DNA of 64,000 bases, taken from NCBI GenBank assembly GCA_963727895.1, contig CAVSHT010000012.1:65731-129730 (forward strand), in the 5' to 3' direction. This DNA is from an uncultured Methanosarcinaceae archaeon. GTDB taxonomy: Archaea > Halobacteriota > Methanosarcinia > Methanosarcinales > Methanosarcinaceae. Under the pieces are notes generated by a model. That model was not told the origin of the DNA. It saw nothing but the letters and a program-made list of their open reading frames with translations, and made no database searches. The number at the start of each line of letters is the position of its first letter. Position 1 is the stretch's first letter. Positions 9,141 through 19,946 of this stretch are shown here, piece after piece. Both the position numbers and the translations under genes were made by a program.

Positions 9141-10976
9141 ATGGCTAAAAAAAATATACCTATTATACTTATAGTTCTGCTGTTATTGAGTTCAGTTGCA
9201 GCAGCAAGTAACAGAGCTGGAGATCCCCCAAAGGGAGAAGTAAAATCCTTAGTAGCAAAGCCTTTGATGACTACATCTATGGGTCTTTCTACAACATCCA
9301 CTACATCTACAGGCCTTTCAACAAAAGACCTTACTACTGGACTAACTCCAGAGCAACTGGTTAATAGTCTGCTTGGGTCTGGAGTTACAGTAACGAGTGT
9401 CAAATATACTGGAGCTGACGTTGCAGCCGGTACGTTCACTGGAGGTTCAGATAACATCGGAATCGAAAGTGGAGTTGTACTCAGCAGTGAGGCAGTATCC
9501 AGCGTTGTGGGTCCAAATCAAAATTCGGCTACATCGACAAACAATTGGATGTCAGGAGACACAGATCTTAACGGACTGATTCCAGGTTATTCCACAAATG
9601 ACGCTGCATCCCTGGAATTTGGCTTTATTCCCGATTCTGATCAGATAACCTTCAAGTATGTGTTCGGGTCGGAGGAATATAATGAGTATGTTGGTACCCA
9701 ATATAACGATGTTTTTGGCTTCTTCTTAAATGGTCAGAACGTTGCATTGATACCTGGAACTTCTACCCCAGTCTCAATCCACAATGTAAATCTATATAGC
9801 AACTTGGAATATTATCGAAATAATGAAGGAGCAACAATTAACACGGAACTTGATGGATTGACAACAATCCTGACTGTCACTGCTCCTGTACATAAGGGAC
9901 AAGTAAATACAATTAAACTGGCCGTTGCAGATGCTGGAGATTATATACTCGATTCTGATGTTTTCATTGAAGGTGGCTCATTTACTTCCGCAGATTTCTT
10001 CCTTTCGCCTTCTTCTGCAACAAGTGAAATAGGAGATACCCACACTCTTACATCAGAACTTAAAGAGAGCACAGGTGAACCAATAGTTGGAGAAACAGTC
10101 AACTTTAAAATCACAAAAGGGCCAAACGCTGGTTTAACAGGGTCCAATGTTACCGATTCAGATGGAAAGGCAACCTGGAGCTACACAAGCAGCGTTGCAG
10201 GTACTGACAAGATATATGCTTATGTAGGAACAGAGGATGACCCAAAATATAAATCAAATGTGGTGACCAAAGAATGGACTAAAACGTCTAATCTATCACC
10301 TGTAGCCAATGCTGGTCCTGATCAAGTAGTTGAGCAGGCGAATCCGACTGGAACTTCTGTAACTTCTGTAACTCTTGATGGATCAGGTTCCACTGATGAC
10401 GGCCAAATTTCACCATTGACATATGACTGGACATGGAATGGTGGATCAGCTAGTGGTGAGAAACCTGTGGTAACTCTTCCCTTAGGGACAACAACAATAA
10501 CCCTGACCGTCTCCGATGGGCAGTTTTCGAGTACCGATACCGTTGACGTAACAGTGCAAGATACAACTCCACCGACAATAACAACTTCAGGTAAACCAAA
10601 AGTACTCTGGCCACCAAATGGTAAATATCAGACCGTTTCTCTCTCTGATTTCGGTATTTCAGTGACAGATGCCGGTGATCCAACTGTGGATGCCAGTAAA
10701 GTAGTAATCACATCAGTTAGCAGTGATGAATTTGAGGATGCCTCTGGTGTAGGAGATGGAAATACATTGAAGGACATTGTCATTAAGGATCCCCAAACAG
10801 TTTCTTTAAGGGCAGAAAGAGATGGGAATGGAAACAGCAGAGTATACACAATTAATTATAAAGTAACGGATGCTTCAGGTAATACAGCAACAGGTTCCTC
10901 TCAAGTCTGGGTTCCTCATGATCAGGACACAGGAGCTACAGCAGTTGATGATGGTGCAGCTGCAGATACACAGTGA
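9141..10976 (+). CDS. Secreted cell-surface protein (choice-of-anchor L domain, Ig-like/Big_1 and PKD-like domains)
   Basis: Signal peptide MAKKNIPIILIVLLLLSSVAAA; YVFGSEEYNEYV..NDVFGFFLNG..IKLAVADAGD; PVANAGPDQ; LWPPNGK..LRAERDG; Ser/Thr-rich. Confidence 0.75.
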   Translation: MAKKNIPIILIVLLLLSSVAAASNRAGDPPKGEVKSLVAKPLMTTSMGLSTTSTTSTGLSTKDLTTGLTPEQLVNSLLGSGVTVTSVKYTGADVAAGTFTGGSDNIGIESGVVLSSEAVSSVVGPNQNSATSTNNWMSGDTDLNGLIPGYSTNDAASLEFGFIPDSDQITFKYVFGSEEYNEYVGTQYNDVFGFFLNGQNVALIPGTSTPVSIHNVNLYSNLEYYRNNEGATINTELDGLTTILTVTAPVHKGQVNTIKLAVADAGDYILDSDVFIEGGSFTSADFFLSPSSATSEIGDTHTLTSELKESTGEPIVGETVNFKITKGPNAGLTGSNVTDSDGKATWSYTSSVAGTDKIYAYVGTEDDPKYKSNVVTKEWTKTSNLSPVANAGPDQVVEQANPTGTSVTSVTLDGSGSTDDGQISPLTYDWTWNGGSASGEKPVVTLPLGTTTITLTVSDGQFSSTDTVDVTVQDTTPPTITTSGKPKVLWPPNGKYQTVSLSDFGISVTDAGDPTVDASKVVITSVSSDEFEDASGVGDGNTLKDIVIKDPQTVSLRAERDGNGNSRVYTINYKVTDASGNTATGSSQVWVPHDQDTGATAVDDGAAADTQ

Positions 10977-11232
10977 GTTATCCCTGAATGAACAATATAA
11001 TTCTCTAATTAAAGTGACATCAGATATGAAAATAAAAGACAAAAAGAGGATCATCTTCCTTCTTTTTACTTTTTTGGATGCTTTTCTTTTTAAAGGGAAA
11101 AGCGATGAATTCAGGAATTCTGAAAAAAGACGTATACACTCAGTCATTCCTGAAATCTATTTTGAAGGATGAAAAGAGCAAAATTGAGAGCTTATATTAC
11201 TCCTCATTTCTCTTCAAAATATTTGAGTAATT

Positions 11233-12300
11233 TTAACATTCATCAAGCATAAAAGCTCTAGGTCTTATGATTTTTTTCTTTTCATACTGATCAAAACAGT
11301 GCGCTATCCAGCCTGAGACCCTGCCAATTGCAAAGATGGAAGTCGCAAGTTGTGAAGGAACATCGAGATATTTGTAAATGACTCCTGAATAGAAATCTAC
11401 GTTCGGATAAATGGGTTTTCCTTTCTTTTCTACAAGTTCACGGATAACAGTATTTTCTACTGCTTCGGCTGTATCGTACCAGTGCATATCCCCTTTTGCT
11501 TTTGCTAACTGCTTAGCAAGTTGCTTAAATATTGCGCCTCTTGGATCGTAAGTCTTGTAAACTCTATGTCCAAAACCCATAATTTTTTCTTTGTTTTGCA
11601 GTTTATTGAGGACATAACTCTCTGCATTTTCTGGATGAGCAATCTTCTCTAGCATGGTTGTGACTTCTGCTCTTGCTCCTCCGTGCAGAGGACCTTTAAG
11701 AGTGCAGAGCCCGGAAATTACGGCAGAATAGAGGTCTGAAAGAGTAGAAGCAGTAACTCTTGACGAGAAAGTGGAGGCATTTAGCTCGTGTTCGGCACTG
11801 AGGATGAAATCTTTTTCCATAATCTCAGCTTCCAGCTGAGTTGGTTTACTTCCTCTTATCATATACAGAAAATTAGCTCCATGAGAGAGAAATGGATTTG
11901 GGGATACAGGTTCATTTCCATTTGAGATTCTATAATATGCAGCAACTATGGTTGGAATCTTGGCAATTAACCTTATTGATTTTCTCATATTTCCTTCAGG
12001 AGAACTGTCATTAATATCTGGATCGAATTGTGATATAAAAGAAACGACTGTACGCAGCGCTTCCATACTGTCGATATTGCTATTGCACATACGGATAACG
12101 TCCATCGCCTCCCTGTTGATTTCACGCTCCCCATGCAAGCGGGCTGAATATTCGGCAAGCTCTTTTTCTTTAGGGAGCTCTCCCTGAATAAGCAGATAGG
12201 AAACCGCATCATAGGGAAGCTCAACAAGCTGATTAATGTCTACTTCCCTGTATTTCAGGATGCCTTCCAACCCGTCAATGAAACATATATTTTTACTCAT
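11233..12300 (-). CDS. Citrate synthase (citrate/2-methylcitrate synthase family)
   Basis: AEHELNAST, GPLHGGA, MGFGHRVYK, YPNVDFYSG; ATG at 12300 preferred. Confidence 0.9.
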   Translation of the reverse strand: MSKNICFIDGLEGILKYREVDINQLVELPYDAVSYLLIQGELPKEKELAEYSARLHGEREINREAMDVIRMCNSNIDSMEALRTVVSFISQFDPDINDSSPEGNMRKSIRLIAKIPTIVAAYYRISNGNEPVSPNPFLSHGANFLYMIRGSKPTQLEAEIMEKDFILSAEHELNASTFSSRVTASTLSDLYSAVISGLCTLKGPLHGGARAEVTTMLEKIAHPENAESYVLNKLQNKEKIMGFGHRVYKTYDPRGAIFKQLAKQLAKAKGDMHWYDTAEAVENTVIRELVEKKGKPIYPNVDFYSGVIYKYLDVPSQLATSIFAIGRVSGWIAHCFDQYEKKKIIRPRAFMLDEC

Positions 12301-12624
12301 TTTATACCTCACAGTTATGCCCAGAGGATTTTTCAAAAAACTTTGAAGTTTGGGGGATCCTCTGCTTATACGTGGAAGATTTAACGTGAAGGGCTTTCTA
12401 AAACCCAAAAATAGGATGACAATGCACTTCTATTATCATCGAATAAGTATATTAAATTTGTTGAAATTATATCTCATTATCTTTACAACTATTTTTGGTA
12501 TTTTGAAGGCACTGCAGTTTTAAATATTTAATTTATTTTACATACAGAATTTGCTCTTTTCAGAACAGTATCTCCATCAATACGCCTTTGATACTTAATA
12601 TAACTCTTTTTTCGATCAGTAAAT

Positions 12625-12676
12625 GAAAAGGTTCTAAAAAAATGGGGTTTTTATGTAAAATTTTTAGAACCTTTTC
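12625..12676. terminator. Perfect 16-bp inverted repeat downstream of acnA (terminator or mini-element)
   Basis: GAAAAGGTTCTAAAAA ... TTTTTAGAACCTTTTC. Confidence 0.45.
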
Positions 12677-12714
12677 CAAAAGTTTTGTTTATGCAGTCCA
12701 GTACTACTAGCTAA

Positions 12715-15513
12715 TTATTTTTTCTTCACTGAATCTCGCAAAAACTTATGCAGAATTCCACCATTCAAGTAGTACTCTATTTCTACAGCCGAGTCTAGCC
12801 TTAAGGTTACCTGGAACCTAATTTCTTCTCCATTCTCATTCTTTGCACTTACTGTAAGCTCTCCATGAGGCTCCATGTGTTCAATGCCCAGAATATCATA
12901 GCTTTCCTTTCCTGTAAGGTCTAAGATATCAGCATTTTCGCCTTCTTTAAATTGCAGTGGCAGAACTCCCATGCCTACAAGGTTGCTTCTGTGGATACGC
13001 TCGAAGGATTCGGCAATAACTGCTTTTACTCCCAGAAGGAATGTTCCTTTAGCTGCCCAGTCTCTAGAACTGCCTGTTCCGTACTCCTTTCCTGCAATAA
13101 CTATCAAAGGAGTATCATTTTCAGCATAGAGCATTGCTGCATCATAAATCGGGATTCCTCCACAGGTTTCCTCAGGAAAATCTTCTTTTCGAGAATGATA
13201 CACAGTCCATCCTCCTTCCCTGGTCACAAGTTTGTTCCTGAGCCGGATATTTCCAAAAGTTCCGCGTATCATTACCTCATGGTTGCCTCTTCGGGACCCA
13301 TATGAATTGAAATCTTCAGGGCTTATTCCCCATGAGATCAGATATTTACCTGCAGGATTCTCGGCTGGGATATCACCTGCAGGAGATATATGGTCTGTGG
13401 TAATGCTGTCTCCGAAAAGTGCCAAAACTCTTGCATTCTTTATGTCCTTAGGCGAAGATGATGCAAGTGGGAAGTCCATGAAATATGGTGGTTCCTGAAT
13501 ATATGTGGACATAGGATTCCAATCATATAACGTACCTGTAGGGGCCTCCAGTTCTTTCCAGAGTTTTGGGCCTTCAAGAGCGCCTGAATACTCTTTTTCG
13601 AACATTAAAGGTTTAATGCTGTTCTTTTCGGCATCTTTAATCTCTTCTTCTGCAGGCCAAATATCTTTTAGGTAAACAGGGCGTCCGTTTGGATCATAAG
13701 CAAGCGGATCAGTTTCAAGGTTAATATTTACAGTACCTGCAATTGCATAAGCCACAACGAGAGGCGGAGACGCCAGGAAGTTTGCTTTGACAAGGGGATT
13801 AATCCGACCTTCAAAATTACGGTTTCCGCTTAGTACGGCTGCAACAGTAAGGTCATTTTCCTTAATTTCCTTAGTCACTTTTTCTGGCAGAGGTCCACTG
13901 TTTCCGATGCAGGTTGTACATCCGTATCCAACCTGGTGGAAACCAAGAGCTTCAAGATATGGTAAAAGACCTGCAGTTTTGAGATATTCCGTAGCTACTC
14001 TTGATCCCGGAGAAAGACTTGTTTTTACAAAAGGTTTAACGTGCAGGCCTTTTTCTATGGCTTTTTTTGCAAGTATCCCGGCTCCTATAAGAACTGAAGG
14101 ATTTGAGGTATTGGTACAGGAAGTAATTGCTGCAATCACTACTGAACCATGTGTTACCCTTAAATCTTTTCCTGAATATTTTACATATTCTGTAATAAGA
14201 TTTTCAGATTCATCTACAGGTTTTCCTCCTTCTCCTATCCAGCGCTGGTAAGCAGAATCCTGAGAAAGTTCAAGTCCTGACTCTTTCTTTTGGGTAAAGG
14301 TCTGCTGCATTATTTCATGGTATTTTTCAGGAACTTCACTCAAAAAAAGCTGGTCTTGAGGGCGCTTTGGACCCGCAAGACAGGGTTTCACCGTGCTCAT
14401 GTCAAGCTCCAGAGTACGGCTGAAAATAGGGTCAGGTTTGTTGGTAGAATAGAGAAGGTCCTGAGCTTCCAGATATTTTTTCACAAGGTCAATCTGCTCT
14501 TTGCTCCTGCCAGTTCTTCTCAGGTAGTCAAGAGTTTCAGAATCAGGTGGAAAAATTCCAAGGGTTGCTCCATATTCAGGAGCCATATTGGAGATTGTTG
14601 CTCTGTCAGGAAGACTCAGTGAGTTTAATCCGGGACCATAGAACTCCACGAATTTGCCAACAACTTCCTCTTTTCTCAATATCTTTGTAATTGTTAGAAC
14701 TATATCTGTAGCAGTGACTCCTTTCGCGGCTTTTCCGTAGAGCTTGAAGCCAATAACTTCAGGCACAGGCATGTAATAAGGCTGTCCTAGCATTACGGCT
14801 TCTGCCTCTATGCCTCCTACTCCCCAGCCGAGTACTCCAATTCCGTTGATCATTGTAGTATGAGAATCGGTCCCTACAAGAGTGTCAGAGAATGCAGATA
14901 ATTCCCCATTTTTCTCTTTGAGGTGCACAAGTGGGGTCAGGTACTCAAGGTTCACCTGATGGATTATTCCTCTGCCAGGAGGCACAACTCTGAAATTGTC
15001 AAATGCTTTCTGGGCCCAGCGCAGGACAGAATAGCGTTCTTTATTGCGTTCAAACTCTTTTTTCTCGTTTTCTTCAAGGGAATATGCTGTGCCATAGGAA
15101 TCCACCTGAACTGAGTGGTCAATAACAAGGTCAGCAGGAATAACAGGATTTATTTTTGTGGGATCGCCTCCCAGACGCTGCATTGCTGATCGAAGGGCTG
15201 CCAGGTCTACTACAGCTGGAACGCCTGTAAAGTCCTGCATAATTACTCTTGAAGGAATAAATGGAATATCCCTATTAATTACGTTTTCAGGGTTCCAGCG
15301 AGCAAGCGCCTCCACATCCTCGGCAGTTATTATGTGCTTTTCAGTATCAGCATGCCTGAGCAGGGATTCCAACAGGATCCTTATGGAGTACGGAAGCTGG
15401 GAAATTCCCTCAAAGCCTTTTTCTTCCAGTTTGCCCAATCTGTAAATTATAGCTTTTCCGGCAGCTGTTTCAATAGTGTCTCTTACCCCAAATGGGTCTG
15501 GACCTTCTCTCAT
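12715..15513 (-). CDS. acnA: Aconitate hydratase A
   Basis: QDFTGVP, DHSVQVD, GTDSHT, AITSCTNTSNP, GCTTCIGNSG, GSSRDWAAKG. Confidence 0.97.
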   Translation of the reverse strand: MREGPDPFGVRDTIETAAGKAIIYRLGKLEEKGFEGISQLPYSIRILLESLLRHADTEKHIITAEDVEALARWNPENVINRDIPFIPSRVIMQDFTGVPAVVDLAALRSAMQRLGGDPTKINPVIPADLVIDHSVQVDSYGTAYSLEENEKKEFERNKERYSVLRWAQKAFDNFRVVPPGRGIIHQVNLEYLTPLVHLKEKNGELSAFSDTLVGTDSHTTMINGIGVLGWGVGGIEAEAVMLGQPYYMPVPEVIGFKLYGKAAKGVTATDIVLTITKILRKEEVVGKFVEFYGPGLNSLSLPDRATISNMAPEYGATLGIFPPDSETLDYLRRTGRSKEQIDLVKKYLEAQDLLYSTNKPDPIFSRTLELDMSTVKPCLAGPKRPQDQLFLSEVPEKYHEIMQQTFTQKKESGLELSQDSAYQRWIGEGGKPVDESENLITEYVKYSGKDLRVTHGSVVIAAITSCTNTSNPSVLIGAGILAKKAIEKGLHVKPFVKTSLSPGSRVATEYLKTAGLLPYLEALGFHQVGYGCTTCIGNSGPLPEKVTKEIKENDLTVAAVLSGNRNFEGRINPLVKANFLASPPLVVAYAIAGTVNINLETDPLAYDPNGRPVYLKDIWPAEEEIKDAEKNSIKPLMFEKEYSGALEGPKLWKELEAPTGTLYDWNPMSTYIQEPPYFMDFPLASSSPKDIKNARVLALFGDSITTDHISPAGDIPAENPAGKYLISWGISPEDFNSYGSRRGNHEVMIRGTFGNIRLRNKLVTREGGWTVYHSRKEDFPEETCGGIPIYDAAMLYAENDTPLIVIAGKEYGTGSSRDWAAKGTFLLGVKAVIAESFERIHRSNLVGMGVLPLQFKEGENADILDLTGKESYDILGIEHMEPHGELTVSAKNENGEEIRFQVTLRLDSAVEIEYYLNGGILHKFLRDSVKKK

Positions 15514-16133
15514 ATGTTTCTTACCTCCAGCAGAAATATGAAATTAAAATCATGATATTATAGATTTTTCTTTGTTGTATGAAATCCCCATCTTATCGTT
15601 AGACTATTTTATTCCTTCGGGTTTAAGTACACATCTTTCTGTAAAAAATTCTCTCTGACTGATACATTTCACTATATTTTTATTGGGAACAGATACTTGT
15701 GCTGCTATTTTATGCAGTAACATGAAGTGTATCTTTAACTTATATTTTTTGTATTTTTAACTTATATTTTTTGTATTTCAGTAGTATAAGTAAACAGAAA
15801 AGTGAAGATTATTAAAAAGGATTAAGAGGAAATGGATTTCAAAAATTTCAGATCTCTAAAACGGTCTCAAATTTGAATATTTTCAGAATTTAGGATTCCA
15901 ATTAAAACTCAAAATTTATTTTTTTAATTCAAAAGTTTTAATGAGTAATCACGTTTCTTGCCACGGAATATGTTTTGAAACTTTTTTAGTTGATAAGAAA
16001 CTTGGTTTTAGGATGAGATTTTAGGATGAGTTATACACATGAATTTCAGTCATTAGATTTTAAAAAATATAAAATTTTATAATTATTTATAATTCGAAAC
16101 ATTAACAATTTTAGTATTCTTCATGCAGCCTCT

Positions 16134-16274
16134 TCATCCGAAAATCATTATTGAATCGAGTCTTGCAGTACCTACTTTTGTCCAGTACTTGCAAACACTA
16201 CAATACTGAGTTTCACCATCTGCACGTAATTTCAGGTCAGAGTGACATTTTGGACATATTTTCAGATGTTTCAT
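16134..16274 (-). CDS. Small zinc-ribbon protein (46 aa), below the ORF-track cutoff
   Basis: Manual translation MKHLKICPKCHSDLKLRADGETQYCSVCKYWTKVGTARLDSIMIFG; GGAG RBS upstream. Confidence 0.65.
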   Translation of the reverse strand: MKHLKICPKCHSDLKLRADGETQYCSVCKYWTKVGTARLDSIMIFG

Positions 16275-16612
16275 GACTATAACTCCTTAATTTTTCGTTT
16301 AATTTTGAGCTAATTCCAAAACTCAAAATTTGTTCCCTTAATTTTGAATTATTATTCAAGTTTTGGAATGGGTTCAAACATTTGAATTCTGATGAGATCT
16401 TTGGAGGTTGGTTGATTGTTCATAGACTACAGAGGCTAGCTTATTTGTTCTGGGTTTATTCTTCTCCCATTTCTTTTCTGAATTCGATGTAATCTATCTC
16501 AACTTTTTCGAGTTCGTATTCCATTTTTATACCTCTTTTTGTGGTTTGTTATTTCAAATTGTGTTTCTATTATTCCGCAGATAATTTTTTGGAGGCTGTC
16601 TGAAAGTTGATT

Positions 16613-16792
16613 TTAACAAACTTTTTTAAGATGTACTTTTTCTCTGTTTGTTTTTAAGTTTGTATTTGTGTTGTTACATGAATATCCTTGAACTTTCTCA
16701 TAAATTTCATCAGAGGTTAACAGCATGCCATTCCAAAACAAAGATCCATGTGAAATTAGTTTTGAAAGCTTCTTCTCTGTTATTTTATTCAT
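16613..16792 (-). CDS. Small hypothetical protein (59 aa)
   Basis: MNKITEKKLSKLISHGSLFWNGMLLTSDEIYEKV...; GAGGAG RBS; co-oriented with other small ORFs. Confidence 0.45.
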   Translation of the reverse strand: MNKITEKKLSKLISHGSLFWNGMLLTSDEIYEKVQGYSCNNTNTNLKTNREKVHLKKVC

Positions 16793-17021
16793 TAAATGGC
16801 TCTCCTCTATCTTACATTTTATTTATCCTATTAATAGGAGTACGGAATCCTAATTCCTCTTTATCTTAGAAATAACTTTCTTTTTACGGTTCTGTAACGT
16901 CTTCGTCAGTTTGGAACATTCTAAAATGCATGTAACATATCGTATGGTGTGAGTAACACAAATAAAAAGAAATTACCTATTAAAAGTCTAAAATTTTTGT
17001 GTTTTATTGAGGGGATATATT

Positions 17022-17486
17022 ATGAGTTCAAAAATGGTTTCAAATCAAATTAAAAAAGTAAATATTCTATCAAGTGATACCTGTCTAACAAGTAATATTA
17101 TGCCAAAAGTAGAAATCAATGCTAAGGGTATAAAACAAACTGTAAAGAGACTACAATTCTCTACTAATACATTTTATGATTCAATATTCGAATATATTTG
17201 GAATGGATTCGATGCAAATGCATCTGAAGTTATTTTGAACTATCAATTTAGAGATAATGGTACTCTAAATGAATTATCTGTTAAAGATAATGGAAGTGGG
17301 ATAACTTATGAAGAGTTAGAAAAAAAATTCAAATATGTACACGATTCTGATAAAATAAATAATGATGATAGAGTGTATAATAATAAATCAGAGATACATG
17401 GGAAAAATGGAATCGGAAGATTAACTTTTTTTACTTTTGCAAATTTTGCTAAATGGACAACTGTTTATACTAAAGATAAAAATTAT
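17022..17486 (+). pseudogene. GHKL (MORC/MutL-like HATPase) ATPase N-terminus truncated by IS1
   Basis: EYIWNGFDANA, DNGSG, HGKNGIGRL motifs; frame runs into the IS1 left end; no continuation seen beyond the IS. Confidence 0.8.
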
Positions 17487-18225
17487 GGAATTGGTAATTA
17501 AAAATAGATATATATGCTTATAACATATATTTCTTCATGAACTACCCCAGATGCAATAGTTCTAATCACAAAAATAATGGTATAGTTGGCGGGCGTCAAC
17601 GGTACAAATGCTCTGATTGTGGTTATAACTATACAGTAGAGCTAAAATCAACTGCTTTTTCCGCTTCTGTAAAAAGACAGGCTTTACAACTCTATCTTGA
17701 AGGATTGGGCTTTCGCTCAATAGGAAGAGTTTTAGGGGTAAGTCATGTTTCTGTCCAAAAATGGATCAAGAAATTTGGTCAAGAGTGAGAGAACCTAAAA
17801 AGTGAAAATGAGATATCTATTGTTGAAATGGATGAAATGCACACTTACATCGGTAACAAAAAAAATATTGCTGGATCTGGATTGCTGTTGATAGAGTTGG
17901 GAAAAAGTTCATCAACTGCTCTTTTGGCAGCAGAGGAACGGAAACTGGAAAACTACTCTGGGAAAAATTGAAGAAAAAAGAGATTGGAGAAGTGATGACC
18001 GATCACTGGAGAGCATATGCAGAGTTTCTTCCAGAAAAGATCCATACTCAATCCAAAGCAGAAACGTATACTGTTGAAGGATATAACAGCATATTGAAGC
18101 ATTTTCTGGCAAGATTGAGACGAAAGACAAAGTGTTATAAAAAAGTCTTGAAATGCTAAAGTACTCGGTTATTATATTGATGAAATACAGAAATAAAGAG
18201 TTAAATATGTTTAGTTAACAATACC
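17487..18225 (+). mobile_element. IS1-family element, copy 2 (defective)
   Basis: GGAATTGGTAAT...AACAATACC; insA 17537-17788 ends at TGA; extra frameshift near the insB 3' end (CYKKVLKC). Confidence 0.93.
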
Positions 18226-18232
18226 AAAATTC

Positions 18233-18299
18233 GGTATTGGTAATCAAAAATAGATATGTATGTTATAAGCATATATGTCTATTTTTGGTTACCAATGCC
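18233..18299. mobile_element. 67-bp palindromic mini-element made of two IS1 left ends
   Basis: GGTATTGGTAATCAAAAATAGATAT...ATGTCTATTTTTGGTTACCAATGCC; both arms match the IS1 left end. Confidence 0.8.
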
Positions 18300-18734
18300 G
18301 AATATTAATCACTAAAATACCTATTAAATCATGTAAATAGGATATGTTAAGTAAATTTGATTTTATATTAAATCAAGTAAAATTAATTTAATGTTTATAA
18401 ATATTACGCTTTATAAAAAATTAGGGATGTTAAAATATATATAATTAACATTAAGTAAAAATATTTTTACTTGACATTAATTGTATAACAAAACAATTGT
18501 ACTTTAATTGTAGATTCCAGTTTTTCTAATATTTTCAGGGAAGCTTCAAAGCTTTTAAATCAGATGTTTGTTGGTAATTAAAACAAGGGTTGAAGGTATA
18601 TTCACAAAAATTTCACAGTGAGAGTTTTGTACATCAACTTGACATACAGCTTGTTTAATCTAAATCCAAACGATAGATGGAAACTTTACAAAAATTAAGG
18701 GAATCGAAATATGAATAAACCTATTGAAAATAGA

Positions 18735-18753
18735 GTTCCGTTGCAAAAAATCT
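18735..18753. mobile_element. Orphan IS6-family end
   Basis: GTTCCGTTGCAAAAAATCT is identical to 39682-39700. Confidence 0.65.
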
Positions 18754-19313
18754 GGCTCTTTTACAAAACAAGTGAAAAATAATCGAATGACTGATGTTTG
18801 ATTATGTATAGAGATAACCCGGTTGAAGCCCAGTATAACAGCGACCCCGAGTATATTTGGAGATCTTAAAAATTGAACCTGGAAAACTCTGACTTGAAGA
18901 TTATATTTTCGGTGATTTTACCTTTGAGATATGAGCTGAGTGTTACCTAGTCAATGAAAAAAGTAGAAAGAAACTGCCTGATAACAGGATTATCAGAGTT
19001 TTATTTCAGCAAAACGTTTGTCAATAAATTAGTAGTTTTTTGATAATTCTCAAAGGTTTTACGATATTAAATCCCTAATTTGACAGAAGCATAAATATTA
19101 AAATGAATAACTCCGCCATACGCTTATGTTTTTCCCTACAATTATAATTTAGATACTATGTTCTTTGATTTTTTATATTTTCATTTTTCCAATAAATTCT
19201 ATGCCGAAGTAAGGTGTTTTTTGTAATGAGCAACTTTGTAAATTAACAACTTTTGTCAAATTAAGGTTGCAATTGATTTTAGACGACATTTTTGTTGGTT
19301 ATGCGACACCACA

Positions 19314-19724
19314 TCAATATCTTTTCTTGTATTTCCTGAGAACTTCACTGTTTACTTCAAAAGCCTTTTCGTCAATGTAACCTTTTTCCTTAGTCCATTC
19401 AAAGAATTTTTCAAGAACTTTAGCAGCTGTACCTGTGAATTTCTTACCTCCTCCAACCTCAACTATATAATCATCTAGGAATTCCTTAATTCCAGAGAGT
19501 GTTAGATGCTCAGGGCCAAAAATATCGCAGTAGTTCTTTTTTTCATGTTCTTGCCGGGCATTATAAAGTTCCCTGTCCTCTTCAGAAAAAGAATCTTCTG
19601 CACTGAATTCCAGGAATTCCTCGTAAAGAAGTATCACATCTTCCAGGTCCAGAAAATCATCCGGCTTCAAAGTGGCTTCCTGCTCATTCAAGAACATCCG
19701 AAAAGCTTCATTTATCGTGGTCAT
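19314..19724 (-). CDS. Hypothetical acidic helical protein
   Basis: 136-aa ORF with plausible composition; FLDDY..AAKVLEKFFEW weakly resembles an integrase SAM-like domain. Confidence 0.7.
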   Translation of the reverse strand: MTTINEAFRMFLNEQEATLKPDDFLDLEDVILLYEEFLEFSAEDSFSEEDRELYNARQEHEKKNYCDIFGPEHLTLSGIKEFLDDYIVEVGGGKKFTGTAAKVLEKFFEWTKEKGYIDEKAFEVNSEVLRKYKKRY

Positions 19725-19946
19725 AATATCCTGTAGCTATCCTGTAGCAGTATTTGTAAACAATTATTTTTGCTGCAAAATATATTATATTTTTCTCAAA
19801 CCACTCAGTAAAGAAGTGGATAGGTATTTTTCAATAGCTTTATCTCTAGATAGTATCCAGAAGATATTAAAACACACCTACAATAAAAACAAGAAAAAAC
19901 TTGAGAATAAATAAAAAATGAAAAATAAAGGGAAAAAGAAAAAAGA

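Noticed and set aside
15895-16372. TTCCAAAACT...AGTTTTGGAA and GTTTTAGGATGAG motifs as a defined MITE
   Set aside because: Too degenerate to assign ends or a target duplication
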